Source: Microthyrium microscopicum | Taxonomy: Eukaryota | Assembly (NCBI GenBank): GCA_010405405.1 | Contig: MU004240.1 | Coordinates: forward strand, 262,316-326,315 | Direction of reading: 5' to 3' | DNA: 64,000 nucleotides | Shown: piece after piece, positions 49,622-62,127 of the stretch | Layout: the number at the start of each line of letters is the position of its first letter | Position numbering within the stretch: position 1 is the first letter of the stretch | Notes under the pieces: model-generated | Told to the model about the DNA's origin: nothing | Database searches by the model: none | The model's input: the letters and a program-made list of their open reading frames with translations, nothing else | Translations under genes and position numbers: made by a program

Positions 49622-51898
49622 ATGCAATCAATATTCCGTCTCTCACAGCTACCATGGAACCCGGCAAATAGCCACGACAAGTCGGCCGTTGCGCCATACA
49701 ATGCGCATGCTGTAAGAGACTTGCCCACTGCTGGAAATGCAGTCAAGGGCAAGCGGAAGCGCGCTCCCGACTCCTCGCCGCGCAGCTCACCAATTCCGGC
49801 TCCTAAGAAGGCGAAAGCGGCAATGGAAGTTATGGGCGGCGCTGTCCAAGCTGCTGCTCCTGCAGGTCCCGAGCCCATGATGGTTGATAGCCCGGATAGT
49901 CTCGGAAACATTAAGAGCGCGATCATGGTTGCGCCAAAGCCTGTGAATACATTTCAACAGCCTGGAAATGCGCCGGACAAGATGCGCAAAGACTCGCGCA
50001 TGCCTTCGTTGCCAACTTTATTTAGCGCATCAGAATCGCATATGCAAGTGCCACCGGTCGCGTATCAGGTAGGCTCCGGATTAGGCAACCAAGCTTCAGT
50101 GGCCACACCTGCCTATTCTTATCCTCCAGGTGGACCAACTGCGCATTATCACCAAATTGCGACACCGAAGCCGCAAGCTGTTCTACCTACTGCACCAAGC
50201 TATGTTGCTGGCCTTCAGGCAGATGCAACTGCTGGTGCAGAACGCACAAAGCCTTCCATAATAGCACCAACACGAGACATGTTGGCAACCTCCCAACTTC
50301 AGCCAAAACCCTCTGTGAAGCCAAAACAAGCTTCTATGCAAGCTGTCAAACCAAGACCTGATATACGTGCCAACATGGACCATGTCCGCGCGATTGTGGA
50401 AACAGAAATAAACCAAGCAATACTTTTCAAGCACAACGAGTTGCGTCTCATTGACCAAGAAATTGCAAAATGCCAGCTTGCGCTCGAACAGATCCGTCGT
50501 TGCCAGCTCATTCCTTTCCCCGCACTCCAAGGCCAGACTCCTGAAATCGCTCTACAGGTTGCGCAACACTCTGCACCATCTATTGCGGTCGCAAATGGAC
50601 TCACAATTCCACCACATCCAGCGCCATGGGGCGTAACAGACGGGCCATATACTCGACATATGGCACCTTGGCTGGTTCAGTCACCTCTATTTGATCCTCG
50701 AATTCCAGAGGCAGTCACGCCCGGCATGTCGCCATTTCCGCGTGAAGGTCGCGCTACAAGAGGAAGCAGCGGGGACGCTACTCCTCTTAGCGCCTTCCCT
50801 TCTGCGCGCGCAGCAAGGGCTGCCAGTGGTCGCACCCGCCCATCTGTCGACACTCAATCCCCGCTTACTCAACGCGATCCTCTCATCATCAAGCGTAATC
50901 AAGATAGCCAATGGGTCAAATTGTACTGCACAGAGTGCAAGCCTGAGCGGTCCGATTTTGCCAATGTCCAAGGATTCCTCAACCATTGTCGCATTTCTCA
51001 TAAACTGGATTACAAGAGTCATGAAGCTGCAGCTATTGCCTGTGGTCGCGTTGTCTCTGCAAGCGATAGTTTCGTTGCGCCTGAGCCTGTATCTGCTCGC
51101 GAGGTGGTCTCCAAGCCTAGCTTTGCTGCAATTAGCTTTGACAGTAACAAGGCAAATGGAGTCCACCCGTTTGTGAACGGCACAATCAAAGGTCGTGAAA
51201 ATCTGCCAGCTCTCCAACAAATCATCCCAAGGAAATTTTCAGTCATGGATCGCAAATCATCTGGTCTTAGTACGCCTACAACACCAACGGTCATGTCGCC
51301 TTCTTTCAAGTCCGCTCCAGAGACACCATACCTTAGCAAGCTAATGGCACAACACGGATTTGCTGGTAACTTCAACAACACTGTACGTGATGCTAAGCGC
51401 AAGGAGGATCTCTCAGTATACGACGACTCGGACTCGGAAGTTGAAATTCAAGATCCAAAGAAATCAAAGACTGGGAAGAAGAATGGACCCGTCGCGCGCG
51501 CCTCAACAGCCAAACCTAAGAGCAAACCTACCTCTGGTTCAAGACATGGCCCCAAGAGCATGCATGCGCCGGCACTGGCCACCATGCATCCAGTTTTAGG
51601 CGCAAATTTGCCAACTTTGCAATCACCGCTCTCAGCAACCAGCAGCGCGCTTCCTACGCCTTCCGAAGCCGTGGATGTTGAAATGGGCCTATCGCCTCAC
51701 ACCACAGAGTCGGCCCCCGGACTGGTTAGCGACCGCGATGAGGATGACGACGAAATGGACGAGGATGAAATGCCCAGCCAAACCGGCCGCAACAGCGATG
51801 AAGATGTGATGATGGTGAAGATTGAAGATAGCGATGGCGAGGTGAGCCCCAATGACGGGTCACAGGGGTACTGTGCGCCACAAGCGCGCAGTGGATGA
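49622..51898 (+). CDS. AHC1: ADA histone acetyltransferase complex component Ahc1-like
   Basis: ILFKHNELRLIDQEIAKCQLALEQIRRC coiled coil, WGVTDGPYTRH, C2H2-like CTEC..FANVQGFLNHCRISH..SHEAAA; first ATG at 49622. Confidence 0.8.
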   Translation: MQSIFRLSQLPWNPANSHDKSAVAPYNAHAVRDLPTAGNAVKGKRKRAPDSSPRSSPIPAPKKAKAAMEVMGGAVQAAAPAGPEPMMVDSPDSLGNIKSAIMVAPKPVNTFQQPGNAPDKMRKDSRMPSLPTLFSASESHMQVPPVAYQVGSGLGNQASVATPAYSYPPGGPTAHYHQIATPKPQAVLPTAPSYVAGLQADATAGAERTKPSIIAPTRDMLATSQLQPKPSVKPKQASMQAVKPRPDIRANMDHVRAIVETEINQAILFKHNELRLIDQEIAKCQLALEQIRRCQLIPFPALQGQTPEIALQVAQHSAPSIAVANGLTIPPHPAPWGVTDGPYTRHMAPWLVQSPLFDPRIPEAVTPGMSPFPREGRATRGSSGDATPLSAFPSARAARAASGRTRPSVDTQSPLTQRDPLIIKRNQDSQWVKLYCTECKPERSDFANVQGFLNHCRISHKLDYKSHEAAAIACGRVVSASDSFVAPEPVSAREVVSKPSFAAISFDSNKANGVHPFVNGTIKGRENLPALQQIIPRKFSVMDRKSSGLSTPTTPTVMSPSFKSAPETPYLSKLMAQHGFAGNFNNTVRDAKRKEDLSVYDDSDSEVEIQDPKKSKTGKKNGPVARASTAKPKSKPTSGSRHGPKSMHAPALATMHPVLGANLPTLQSPLSATSSALPTPSEAVDVEMGLSPHTTESAPGLVSDRDEDDDEMDEDEMPSQTGRNSDEDVMMVKIEDSDGEVSPNDGSQGYCAPQARSG

Positions 51899-52778
51899 AC
51901 GAATGAAACAAGCGGCAACTTATTATCAAAAACCGCTCAGGATGAAAGGAACGCTGCCATACCAGTATATGCAAGAGGAGAAGGAGCTGGTGCATGGCTC
52001 ACGAAGGTTATATCAAACCTTACCTACCAAAACAGAAATCAACACACAAACGTCCTCAATCAACACCACTTTCCAAAAGTTACTGTCTTTCTTGTACCAT
52101 TTTCTGTCCTGTCTCATTATTATGCCTCAACAACCTTTTGGATTTGTTTTACTTTACAATGCACGGCGCAGGAAGGAGCAGGTTTTGCTTTTGCTTTTAC
52201 ATTTCTACCAAAAAATCCGGTGGGCTTTGGGGAAATTTGGCGTAGGTTTTCACAAATGGTATTGGGTTTTGTTTTTCTTGCATTATCCAAAATACACTGG
52301 GCGGTTTGGGTTGAGACCACTGCGGTCTTTTGCCGTTTTAGCAAGACTACTTCTTTTATACTATCAGACTTTTATGTTCTTTCTCCAAAACACTCTTCAC
52401 TCTGCAAAGATGTGGGATTCAGGGAATTGGTATCGGGCTTTCCGGGTTGGTTTTTTAGCACGTTTTGTATTGTACATAGGTATCTTGGAACATGGAACAA
52501 GTAACCACTAGCATTTTTGCTTCCTGATTGCCATCTTTCTATGCTTTGTGAATCTGATGCGATCAATCCTCCACCATGTGAAGCTAAACGTGTGATTCCA
52601 ATGAATTTCTGCCTGCCATCATTCACCGCAGCCAGCGTGATAAGACAAACTGTGTCCTCATCCGCAAACAACTCGCCAGCTATGTATACCCATCGTTCAA
52701 AAAAAAAACGCCATATACCAAATCCCCATTCAAACGCCGCCCATGTTGTACTATACACCTCCACTTTCTTTTCATCAA

Positions 52779-53107
52779 TCATTGGCCCACAAGCATCGAG
52801 CCTGCCATGAATATACAGCATATGCTAACATACGGACTCAAGCGCTCGCCAATACGCGCCAACTTCCAAAAGATGCCTAACGCCCTATAATGTTCCCATT
52901 AGCCGTAATCCACGCGCGTATTTATGGGGTAGGGTGTGTAATTACCCGTCCTTGTTCCGGTCCATTATCGCGGGGAAGACGGAGTGTGTGTATGCGCAAG
53001 TGCAGATGGCGAGGAGGATGCAGAGGAGGAGAGACTGGAAGTTGAAGAGGGCGGTCTAAGGAGCTTCGTTAGTCTTGCGCGCATGGCATTGGGGATGCGC
53101 GTACCAT
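52779..53107 (-). CDS. KSH1: Protein kish (TMEM167), 72 aa
   Basis: Exons 53107-53105 (ATG only), 53055-52946 and 52884-52779 give [23 protein letters not shown]...[21 protein letters not shown]. Not in the ORF track. Confidence 0.93.
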
Positions 53108-53540
53108 TTTGGATGTTAGTTTCGATGGATGGTGAGGTGGTTTGGTCGGTGGAGGGTATATGGTGCGTTTTGGAGGTTGATGGGTTGGTGAGGTTTCTAG
53201 GGGAATAGAGATGGAGTTTAGGAGTAGACGTTGACGTTGACTTTGCATGTGTCGTTGGTACAGTGGTCTGTGCGTTGAATTTGTGGTCTTTTGGCGATGT
53301 AACTTCAGGCGGTTGCTGACTCTGTTCTAGATACCAGGATGACTGCTGAATACACGTAAACGATATCTTTTAGGCTGCTACATGATACCCTGTCGTACTT
53401 GGTGCTATTCAGCCTAGTCTGTCGGCTTCTACTCCGTGATTTCCGAGAGGATGGCTATAAAATGACCGACTAAGAGAAGTTAGAACTCTCCCTCCTCAGT
53501 GTAATTTGAAAATTCACTTTAAGTATATTTCGAATACAAT

Positions 53541-54289
53541 ATGGCCATCATAATCGAGCCTGCTACTTCTGAAGAAGATCTACTAGAGTTTGCTCGGATT
53601 CATCTCGCGGAGGGTAATAGGCAAAGAGCCTACGAGTGGAACGCAGCGCCATCAGAAGCCAGCATCCGAAATATCGCAAAGGGAAATGTATCTCGCCTGT
53701 CAAATCCTGCTGTTCGCATGATGAAAGCCGTGGACACCGAAGCTGGAAACAAAGTTGTTGGCGCAGCGATTTGGCTCTTTCCTGTGTCAGCAGAACTTGC
53801 CTCTCAGGCGCCTGTTGCGACCGTTTCGCTTGTCGGCATCCCTGAACAGAATCACGAAGCTAAGGCAGAGCTGATTAAGATGATAGAAGCGGGCAGAAAG
53901 GAGATTATGGGGACAAGGGAACATGTGTATCTTGCGAGCATAGCTGTTCGCCCAGATGCTCAAAGGCAGGGAATTGGAAAGAAGTTGACCGAATGGGGAA
54001 TTGATGAAGCACAAAGGTATGTTGAGCTCCTGAGTAAGGATGATATAGCTTTTCTAATCAACATCCAATAGACTTGAGCTTCCGATATACTTAGATGCCA
54101 CGCCACAGGGGAAAGGACTGTATGAAAAGTTTCAATTTGAGCTGATCGAAGAAGTCGCTTTTGACCCTACAAAGTATGGCGGAACAGAACCAGTACTTTG
54201 CTCGGTAAGTTCGCTGTCTAGTCTTCATGGTCTGCTTTCTAACATGTGATTAGAGAATGCTGAAAGAAGCTCAGACAGTTCAGAAATAG
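53541..54289 (+). CDS. GNAT-family N-acetyltransferase
   Basis: LASIAVRPDAQRQGIGKKL acetyl-CoA motif; spliced exon 2 LPIYLDATPQGKGLYEKFQF; two introns. Confidence 0.88.
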
Positions 54290-54393
54290 AACGCTTCATC
54301 AGAGCCAAAATAGATCATCACAAATCACTGGTTTCCAAGGAGGTTTCCAACCCACAATTCATCCTTCTATGCTCGTCTCAGAGCGCCAGATCT

Positions 54394-54771
54394 TCAATCT
54401 TGCGGCATAGCTATAGATCTTCAGCTTTTCAATCTCAAGAGAGGGTCCTCTTAACATAACAACTTACGTGGTCTCCGGCTCTCCACACACTGTAACTGTT
54501 GTCTTGCGCGCTGGATGACTGCATCTCTTATATCGATAGCCTTTTGCAGTTCTCGTAGTGCTTCCTTGCCATGGTCGGTGTTGTTGTTGAAATGTTTAAG
54601 AGGGCCTTCGTTGAAATTCTTGGTCACTTTCTCACTTGTCTCATTGTAATGATTGACTTCTTGGTTGTACTCCTTATTCCAGTCGTTCCATTTCTGGGCC
54701 GCGGCATTATATCTTTCGCGGGATCCAACTTGGTTCTTGACTCTCTCAAGCTCTTCTGCTTCAGATGGCAT
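54394..54771 (-). CDS. Small helical hypothetical protein (about 107 aa)
   Basis: ORF MPSEAEELERVKNQ... with coding-like composition. A possible short 3' intron (GTAAGT..TAG) gives a stop at 54394; unspliced, it stops at 54451. Confidence 0.5.
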
Positions 54772-55114
54772 CGTGCTCTGTATATGTAGGTACAAGGTTG
54801 GATCCGAGCAAGGAGGAAACAGATCGTCGATTGCACTAGTCTTTGGATAAGGTGGTATGCGATATAAAGGCGGGAAAAGGACATTTATGCAAACTGACGT
54901 CTGTGCTTATATATGAGTAGACTGGCATACATTGTCACTCTGTGAGCCTTTGCAGTTATCAAGTAATTTGACTTTGCTGTACATCAATAACGCCATGTAT
55001 TATTGTCACTTGACTACGTTAATGATAGAACTTAAACATATGAATGACCGCGGAACTGATTCTGACTCGCAACCACCAGCACTCCGTCCAAACCGTATGC
55101 GATCACTGCGGCAT

Positions 55115-55972
55115 CTAGTGATCCAATCCCTTCGTTTCCTTCGACCTCGACGCTAAACCATCTTCTGATGGACTGCTAGAGGATGTAGGAAGTGACCCGT
55201 AGCTCGGATTGTTAAGCAAGATTTTCATCGAGTTCACCTGTCCTTTCGCAGGTAGATTCTGGTCGCCTTCCAAAGCAGATGTATGGAACCAAGTCACGGA
55301 AGTCAAAGTATCTCGTAGCTTCCGCAAATTATTCGTTCGTACACCTCCTCCAATGATGAGTTGAACCTGCAGCGTGTCAATATGCAAATACTATGAAGAA
55401 CTGTGAGTGCTTCTGACCTTGTACTTCTTTCGTTCAATCATCTCAGCCAGCTCCACTAGATGATCGATACCATCAACAGCCTTGTCCGCACCACCACTGG
55501 TTAAGATGTAGCTGAAACCACATTCTTCCACATCATCCAGTGCTTCTTCCATGTTGTTCGAGACGTCAAAAGCTCGATGGAAGGTACACGGTTTGCCCTT
55601 GGCCAGCTCAACGAGAGCCTTACATCGCTCGGTGTCTACTTTGTTGTCTTCGGACCTCAGCATACCAAAGACGAATCCGTCAGCCACGCCGCCGAATTGT
55701 TGCACTTGGTCCTGCATAGTATTATACTCCTCGTCGGAATAGCTGAAAGATCCGCCCCGAGGTCGGATCATGACATGAATAGGTGTGCATTTGACATTGG
55801 CAGGGAGTTTCTGCCCATCCAAGGCTCGTTTCAGATCTTGGTATTTAGGAGTGGTTCCACCGAGATGACTGTCTGCGCAGAATTCGATGCGGTCAGCTTC
55901 TCCTGCTATAGCATTGAACAGACTTTCATAATTGAAGCATGCAAGCTCGAGAAGGCCTTTGTCTCGTGCCAT
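55115..55972 (-). CDS. cutC: Copper homeostasis protein CutC family
   Basis: LLELAC, ADRIEFC..GGTTP, VMIRPRGGSF, ADGFVFG, CTFHRAFD, ILTSGG, IIGGGVR; one intron at about 55368-55418. Confidence 0.92.
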
Positions 55973-56623
55973 GGTTTTGAGAGATGGAAGAAGTGTTTGG
56001 GATACAGAAATATGCTAACGTGTATGGTTTGCTATCGATGAAGGGTTCGTAGTCGAACACAAACGATGTGAATGAAGTTGAAAAGTCTTGTAGAGGATGA
56101 GAAATACAGATGGCAACAAGTCAAGTTGCATGCAAAGTTTAGATTGGGAAGCTGTCCCTCAGAACTCTACTTATTTTACCAGTGACCACCAAAATGGCCG
56201 ATGAGCAGGTAGGAACAGCCATGATATTGGAAACTCTTTTTCCAGTCTATGGGAATGCAAATGCTTCGTTCTTGATTGTTTAAATTGCAATGTCAATCGC
56301 TTGAGTGTATATAGTATTTTAGTTTAACCATAGGCAAGGGCAGCTCACCAAGTTCAATCGCAGTGTCCAAGAAATATATAGTACTTGTAGAAGCGTGAAA
56401 GAACCAGGATATCGACCCTCATTAGAGAAGCAAATCAAAAATGCCGCCCTTGCTTGCGCGGTGATGGTAGGTATCACGATAAACTCAAATCGAGCAATGG
56501 CTCTTGATCGCATATGTATTAACGAATCTATTTGATGAAGAAGTGGACGACAGAATATAGTCGTAATGAGCATTATACTGCACTTAAAGTTCTAATCGAA
56601 CAATAAGCCTCGTATTGTACCCT

Positions 56624-57259
56624 CTACGAAGCTGGCCCATCAAGTTTATACTTCGCCGCATTTTGCATCGCAAACCGAATACCATATGCCCAATGATACA
56701 ACTTCGAATCGACCACATTTCCCTCCTTACTCAACTCCAACAAGCGATCCAGCAACTTGCTCATCGGCACAATCTCCGTTTCAATCCACTCCGAGTCCTG
56801 CAAATCCTGCTTCCCCAACTCCTCCCCCTCCGCCATCTCCGCCTCCACCACTACCAACTGCATATTCGCCGTCGTCATACCCGGATCCGAGCATATCGTT
56901 GGGCTCACCTCGACGATACGTCCCACTAGCCCCGCCTCCTCCTTGAGCTCCCGCAGCGCTGCTTCCTCAATCGTCTCGCCTGGATCGATCAGGCCAGCGG
57001 GCAACTCAATGCACATGGCGCCGACGGGTGGCCGGTACTGATGCAGGATGAGCACGGCGGCGGGTGTGTTTGGACGTAAGATGATGGGTGCGATGGCTAC
57101 GGCATCAACGCCGGTGGAACCGCGGGTTTTGCGCGAGGCGACCTCCCAGACGCGGGAGACGCCGGCTTGGTCGGTCCAGTCTATTTTGTCTAGTTTGATC
57201 CATTTGGCGTCTTGGGAGTCGAGGGGAGAGTACTTGTCGATACGTGCTTGAGAGCCCAT
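56624..57259 (-). CDS. YSA1: Nudix ADP-ribose pyrophosphatase (Ysa1/NUDT5-like)
   Basis: QYRPPV..IELPAGLIDPGETIEEAALRELKEEAG Nudix box and SDPGMT. Confidence 0.88.
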   Translation of the reverse strand: MGSQARIDKYSPLDSQDAKWIKLDKIDWTDQAGVSRVWEVASRKTRGSTGVDAVAIAPIILRPNTPAAVLILHQYRPPVGAMCIELPAGLIDPGETIEEAALRELKEEAGLVGRIVEVSPTICSDPGMTTANMQLVVVEAEMAEGEELGKQDLQDSEWIETEIVPMSKLLDRLLELSKEGNVVDSKLYHWAYGIRFAMQNAAKYKLDGPAS

Positions 57260-57838
57260 TCTGGTGTGATGGTGGGGCAGATTTCAGATGATGACAGTGG
57301 GGGTATGGTTGTCCTTTGATATCGAGTGATGACAGGTTCAGCTGTTATAAGAGTTGTTTCCTTGCTCTTGAGATTCCGATTTGAGAATAGTTGCAGAATC
57401 TGGGAAGTTCTGAGCGATGGTGGAAGAGAGAATGATTGACGATGCCAAGACAATGTTGTCTGCGGTTGCCCGAGTCCATATGTCCGAAGACTTTTCTGCT
57501 TTGCTATTCAACATTGAGTGAATTTGAGAAATAAAAGTAATCACTGAAATAGGTTGGAAGAGGATAACACAGACGGCTCAATATGACTACTAGGTACTAA
57601 GAGGTATGATCTAAGACGGTTGGTGCACTCGCGAAGTAAGACTATATATCAGAGCTGTACTTATGCCAGCAAGGTATCTCGAATCGGGGTCAAGATCAAG
57701 TCCTTAATTGCGATTTTGAATTTCAAAGGGTATTTTGGTTTTGCTATGGTACATTGGACGATGTTACATCTTGAGAGGTCTAATCCTCTCAGACCACTCC
57801 ATCAATTCATAAACGTTTTGAACTGTCACAACTCAAAT

Positions 57839-58892
57839 CTAGAACGCGGCCAAAAGCGCCAGACTAGCGACAAACAAGGCCATCAATGGCGCCGACGAGA
57901 GCTGAAGAGAGCTTGCTGATGAAGTTGTTTGAGCTGCGCCTACTTTCAGTTAGCCAGAGTGAATAAGCAGTGTTAGAATCGATCAACATACCTGCAGAGC
58001 TGGCTGTGGAAGTCATTCCAGCCATTCCAGTCATTCCAGTCATTCCAGTCATACCGCTCATACCACTCATGCTAATCATACCTGTCGCAGATGCTGCAGC
58101 AGTGCCGCTCATCTTCATGCTCATCGACTCCCCAGACATGGTAGCGTTGTTGGCACCAGCTTTACCTGTTGCCTTAACTCCAGCAGCGCTCGAGGTAGCT
58201 GACGTCTTTCCTACTCCAGTAACGACCATGGACATGGTTGTCTGTGGGCCGTTGGTCATGCTCTCCATCTGTTTGGGCGACGAGGTCTGCTGTCGCTTTT
58301 TGAGTTTGTTTGCACCACCGCCCATGGTGAAGTCGATGCATGCTTCATACGTCTGCTTGGCATCTTGTGCATTCCAGAACCATTGAACCACGCAGTTGCC
58401 AGCAGTGCCGCACTGGCTGCTGACGTCTGGCATGGTTATTGAGAAGGCGGTGTTGTTGGCTGGGATAGCGTGAGCGTTGGAGGCGTAGTCGTTGAAAGAG
58501 ATTAATGGTTGCCCGATGACAGCATTGGACTTGGTGTCGACTATAGAAACATTGGCGGTGCCAGTGTGTGGTGCAGTGATTGCGACTTTGATTGGAACTA
58601 CCTGGTTGGCAGTGTATGTCTGTACGTTGGCCATGTTGTCCTGGAACATGAAGCCTTTGCACATGAAGAGGTTACATTGTGCGGCGTTGTAGTCTTTTTG
58701 ATTCATTGCAATCTGAAGTTCTCCTTGGACATTTCCCTTGTTGTCTCCCTTTTGGTTGTTGAATACTTGCTCTCCGCAAGCAGCTTTGAACGCAGTTCCT
58801 GGCGCTCTTGCTGGGGGATCAGTAACTGTACCATGGCCTCTAACGAAAGGAACGACAGCCAGCACAGCTGAAAGACCAATAAAAGAATGCAT
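57839..58892 (-). CDS. AA16-family lytic polysaccharide monooxygenase-like protein with Met-rich tail and GPI-like signal
   Basis: Signal peptide then His1 (HGTVTDPPARAPG), CGEQVFNNQ..D..GNVQGELQ, APHTG, VVQWFW..QTYEACIDF. Intron 57940-57991; last exon GAAQTTSSASSLQLSSAPLMALFVASLALLAAF*. Confidence 0.85.
58012..58070 (-). repeat. 9-bp coding tandem repeat encoding (GMT/GMS/GMA)n
   Basis: GTCATTCCA-type units repeated in the LPMO tail. Confidence 0.85.
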
Positions 58893-59965
58893 ATTGTGAA
58901 GAAAAGAATGAATATCAAGAATGTATATTAAGAACGAAAGTCACAGGCACAAAATGCAAGTGATCTCTGCAAAAAAACTGACCTGCAGTGTTGAAATATA
59001 TGAAAGGGAAGAAGGAGAATACAATGTGCAGTGTTTCTCACTTTTGAGACGGACCTGTCATCCTAATTAAGTATGATGTGAAAACATCTCAGTTCTACCA
59101 AGGCTTTTCCGGGTAATATGTTTCCCCAGGTCGGTGAAAACACCATGTAAACCAGTAGGCACTGGACTTCCGTATGCGGTTTGCCTGACTGGATGTTTCT
59201 CCACGCCCGACGGTCCGACAAACTGGAAGCATCTATTGGAGAGTTGAACGCATAGCACTCCAACGTGGGCTCCAAGCCGAACGCCTACCCGGTTACTGAA
59301 AAACACGCGAGGCAATGTTTCAGGAGCGTCGTTTTTGACGCCGGACTTGAGACCATCCGCGAATTAAGGTTGAATTGAAGGAGCGGTGCAACTCATGCTA
59401 TCGCTCACGTGATTATTAGGCTGAATGTTGAAAGGAGCTTGAGATATTGCTGGCATGCACCTTCAAGGGCAAAACAAATGAAAAACATACGCGAAAAATG
59501 GTCGACGCGATGACCTGGGAAGTGGTTGATTGGTGTTGAAGTTGGAAACATTCCCAAAGGACCGAGTGGCGTGGGACCTGGTTTGTTCAACCTGGCTCCA
59601 TCCTGACAGGTACTACAGCGCCACATATATCAGAATTTTTATGCCAGCTTTTTAGCAACTCGCCATCGTTTGATGTCGTGAAGAGAACAATGTGTCGAGT
59701 ATGCAGATAGCCCATGATATCATTGGCGTTGAGCGGCAGTGTACAACACCTTTCAAGTACTCTACCTATCAGCTTCGTCTTTAGGAAGGGGAGATATATC
59801 TTGTTCTCAATAAGGTATTGATTACTATCTTCAAAGACTGACCAGCACTATTAAACTAAGTAGCATCACAGGCTAAATCTCTGGGTATTCCAATGCTATC
59901 GAGTCCAAATCTTTCAAGCCAGCCATACCAACGCCAATATCCATGCACAAGTTTAAAGGTCTATC

Positions 59966-60874
<909 letters not shown>

Positions 60875-61158
60875 TTAATGAGAGACAGAGATTAAAGGAG
60901 TTGTACAGTTTGAAGCTGAACAACTTTCTGAATTCTAACACCTGTCCCTGAATCCCTGGCCGGACAGGCGCGCTAAGTCAGATTGGGCTTAGATTCCTTC
61001 ACGACTTCACGTGGCACAAAACATCAAATGGCTGGGGCTTTTTCCAAGAAGTCAATATACCAGCTCACAAACTCGATTTGGATCTTGGAAACCTCTCAAA
61101 TTCAAGACTTCGTTCCTTTAATCAAATGCAGTCGAACGTTCTGGTAAGCTAGACCTCT

Positions 61159-62127
61159 ATGATGGCTCCAGAGCCATCTCAAAACTCCGTCCTTGTCAAC
61201 CCGCTCGCTACACCCGACCAATTATCAACCTCCGGATCTCAACTTGACGGTGTTCCTGCCAGTCTTGAAACTTCTGTCATTCATATTGGCGCCCGCCTTA
61301 CGCAGATTGCAGGAGTTCTGCTAAGGTTACCCCAAGACCTGATCGCGCATGCAGTTGTCATATTCACGCGTTTCTGGCTCGGCCCAGAGAGCGGGAGCTT
61401 ATGCGAGTATTCAATCAAGGTCAGTACTTGCAAACAGCATAAAACCAATGCGTGTTCCCTGTTGCGGATGGTAAATGGACTAAAACATTTCTAGCATGTT
61501 TGTGCTGCAGCGCTATATTTGACCACCAAGCCCTCTGCACATCCGAAAGCTCCTAGAAGTATCATTAATGTGCTGGCCTACATTGAAGCTCTTGGGACAG
61601 TATTCTTCGTCCAAGATGACATGGACAAGAATGACCCAGAATCATATTACGTCTCTGAAGGAACATATTTCACAGAGCGAGCTCAGCTGACTAAAGTTGA
61701 ATCAATTATTCTGCGAGTACTGGGCTTCAATACTCATGTAGCGCTCCCATACACCATCTGTATAAACTATCTGCAGACCTTGGGTGTATTTGATGATGAT
61801 TCTGGCTCTGAGCTGGCAAAACGAGCCTGGGCTCATCTGAACTCTGCGCTGCTAAGCCCTCAGCTATTGTTTGTTACCCATCAGCCTCCATGCCTTGCCA
61901 CAGCCGCCATCTATCTTGCTGCAAAAGAAGTTGGCGTAAAGCTGCCTAGTGAGCAGTGGTGGGAGGTCTTTGATACAGATCGCGAGGAGCTCGGCTTCCT
62001 GGTTGTTGCTATGTTGAGTATGGAGGGCTTCTTACGGGAGGAGAAACAAAATTGGGCAGGAAAACGAATGCCTTATACTCTTGATGTGGTGGAACAGGAG
62101 ATCAAGGCGTTGACTGACAACTCTTGA
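61159..62127 (+). CDS. Cyclin-L-like cyclin-domain protein
   Basis: NPLATPDQL..S.SQLDGVP, GVLLRLPQ, ESIILRVLGFNTHVALPY, LATAAIYLAA, WWEVFD; intron at about 61420-61494. Confidence 0.82.

Noticed and set aside
51852..52511. 219-aa plus-strand ORF after AHC1
   Set aside because: Low-complexity T-rich 3' UTR sequence with Leu/Phe bias and no motif.
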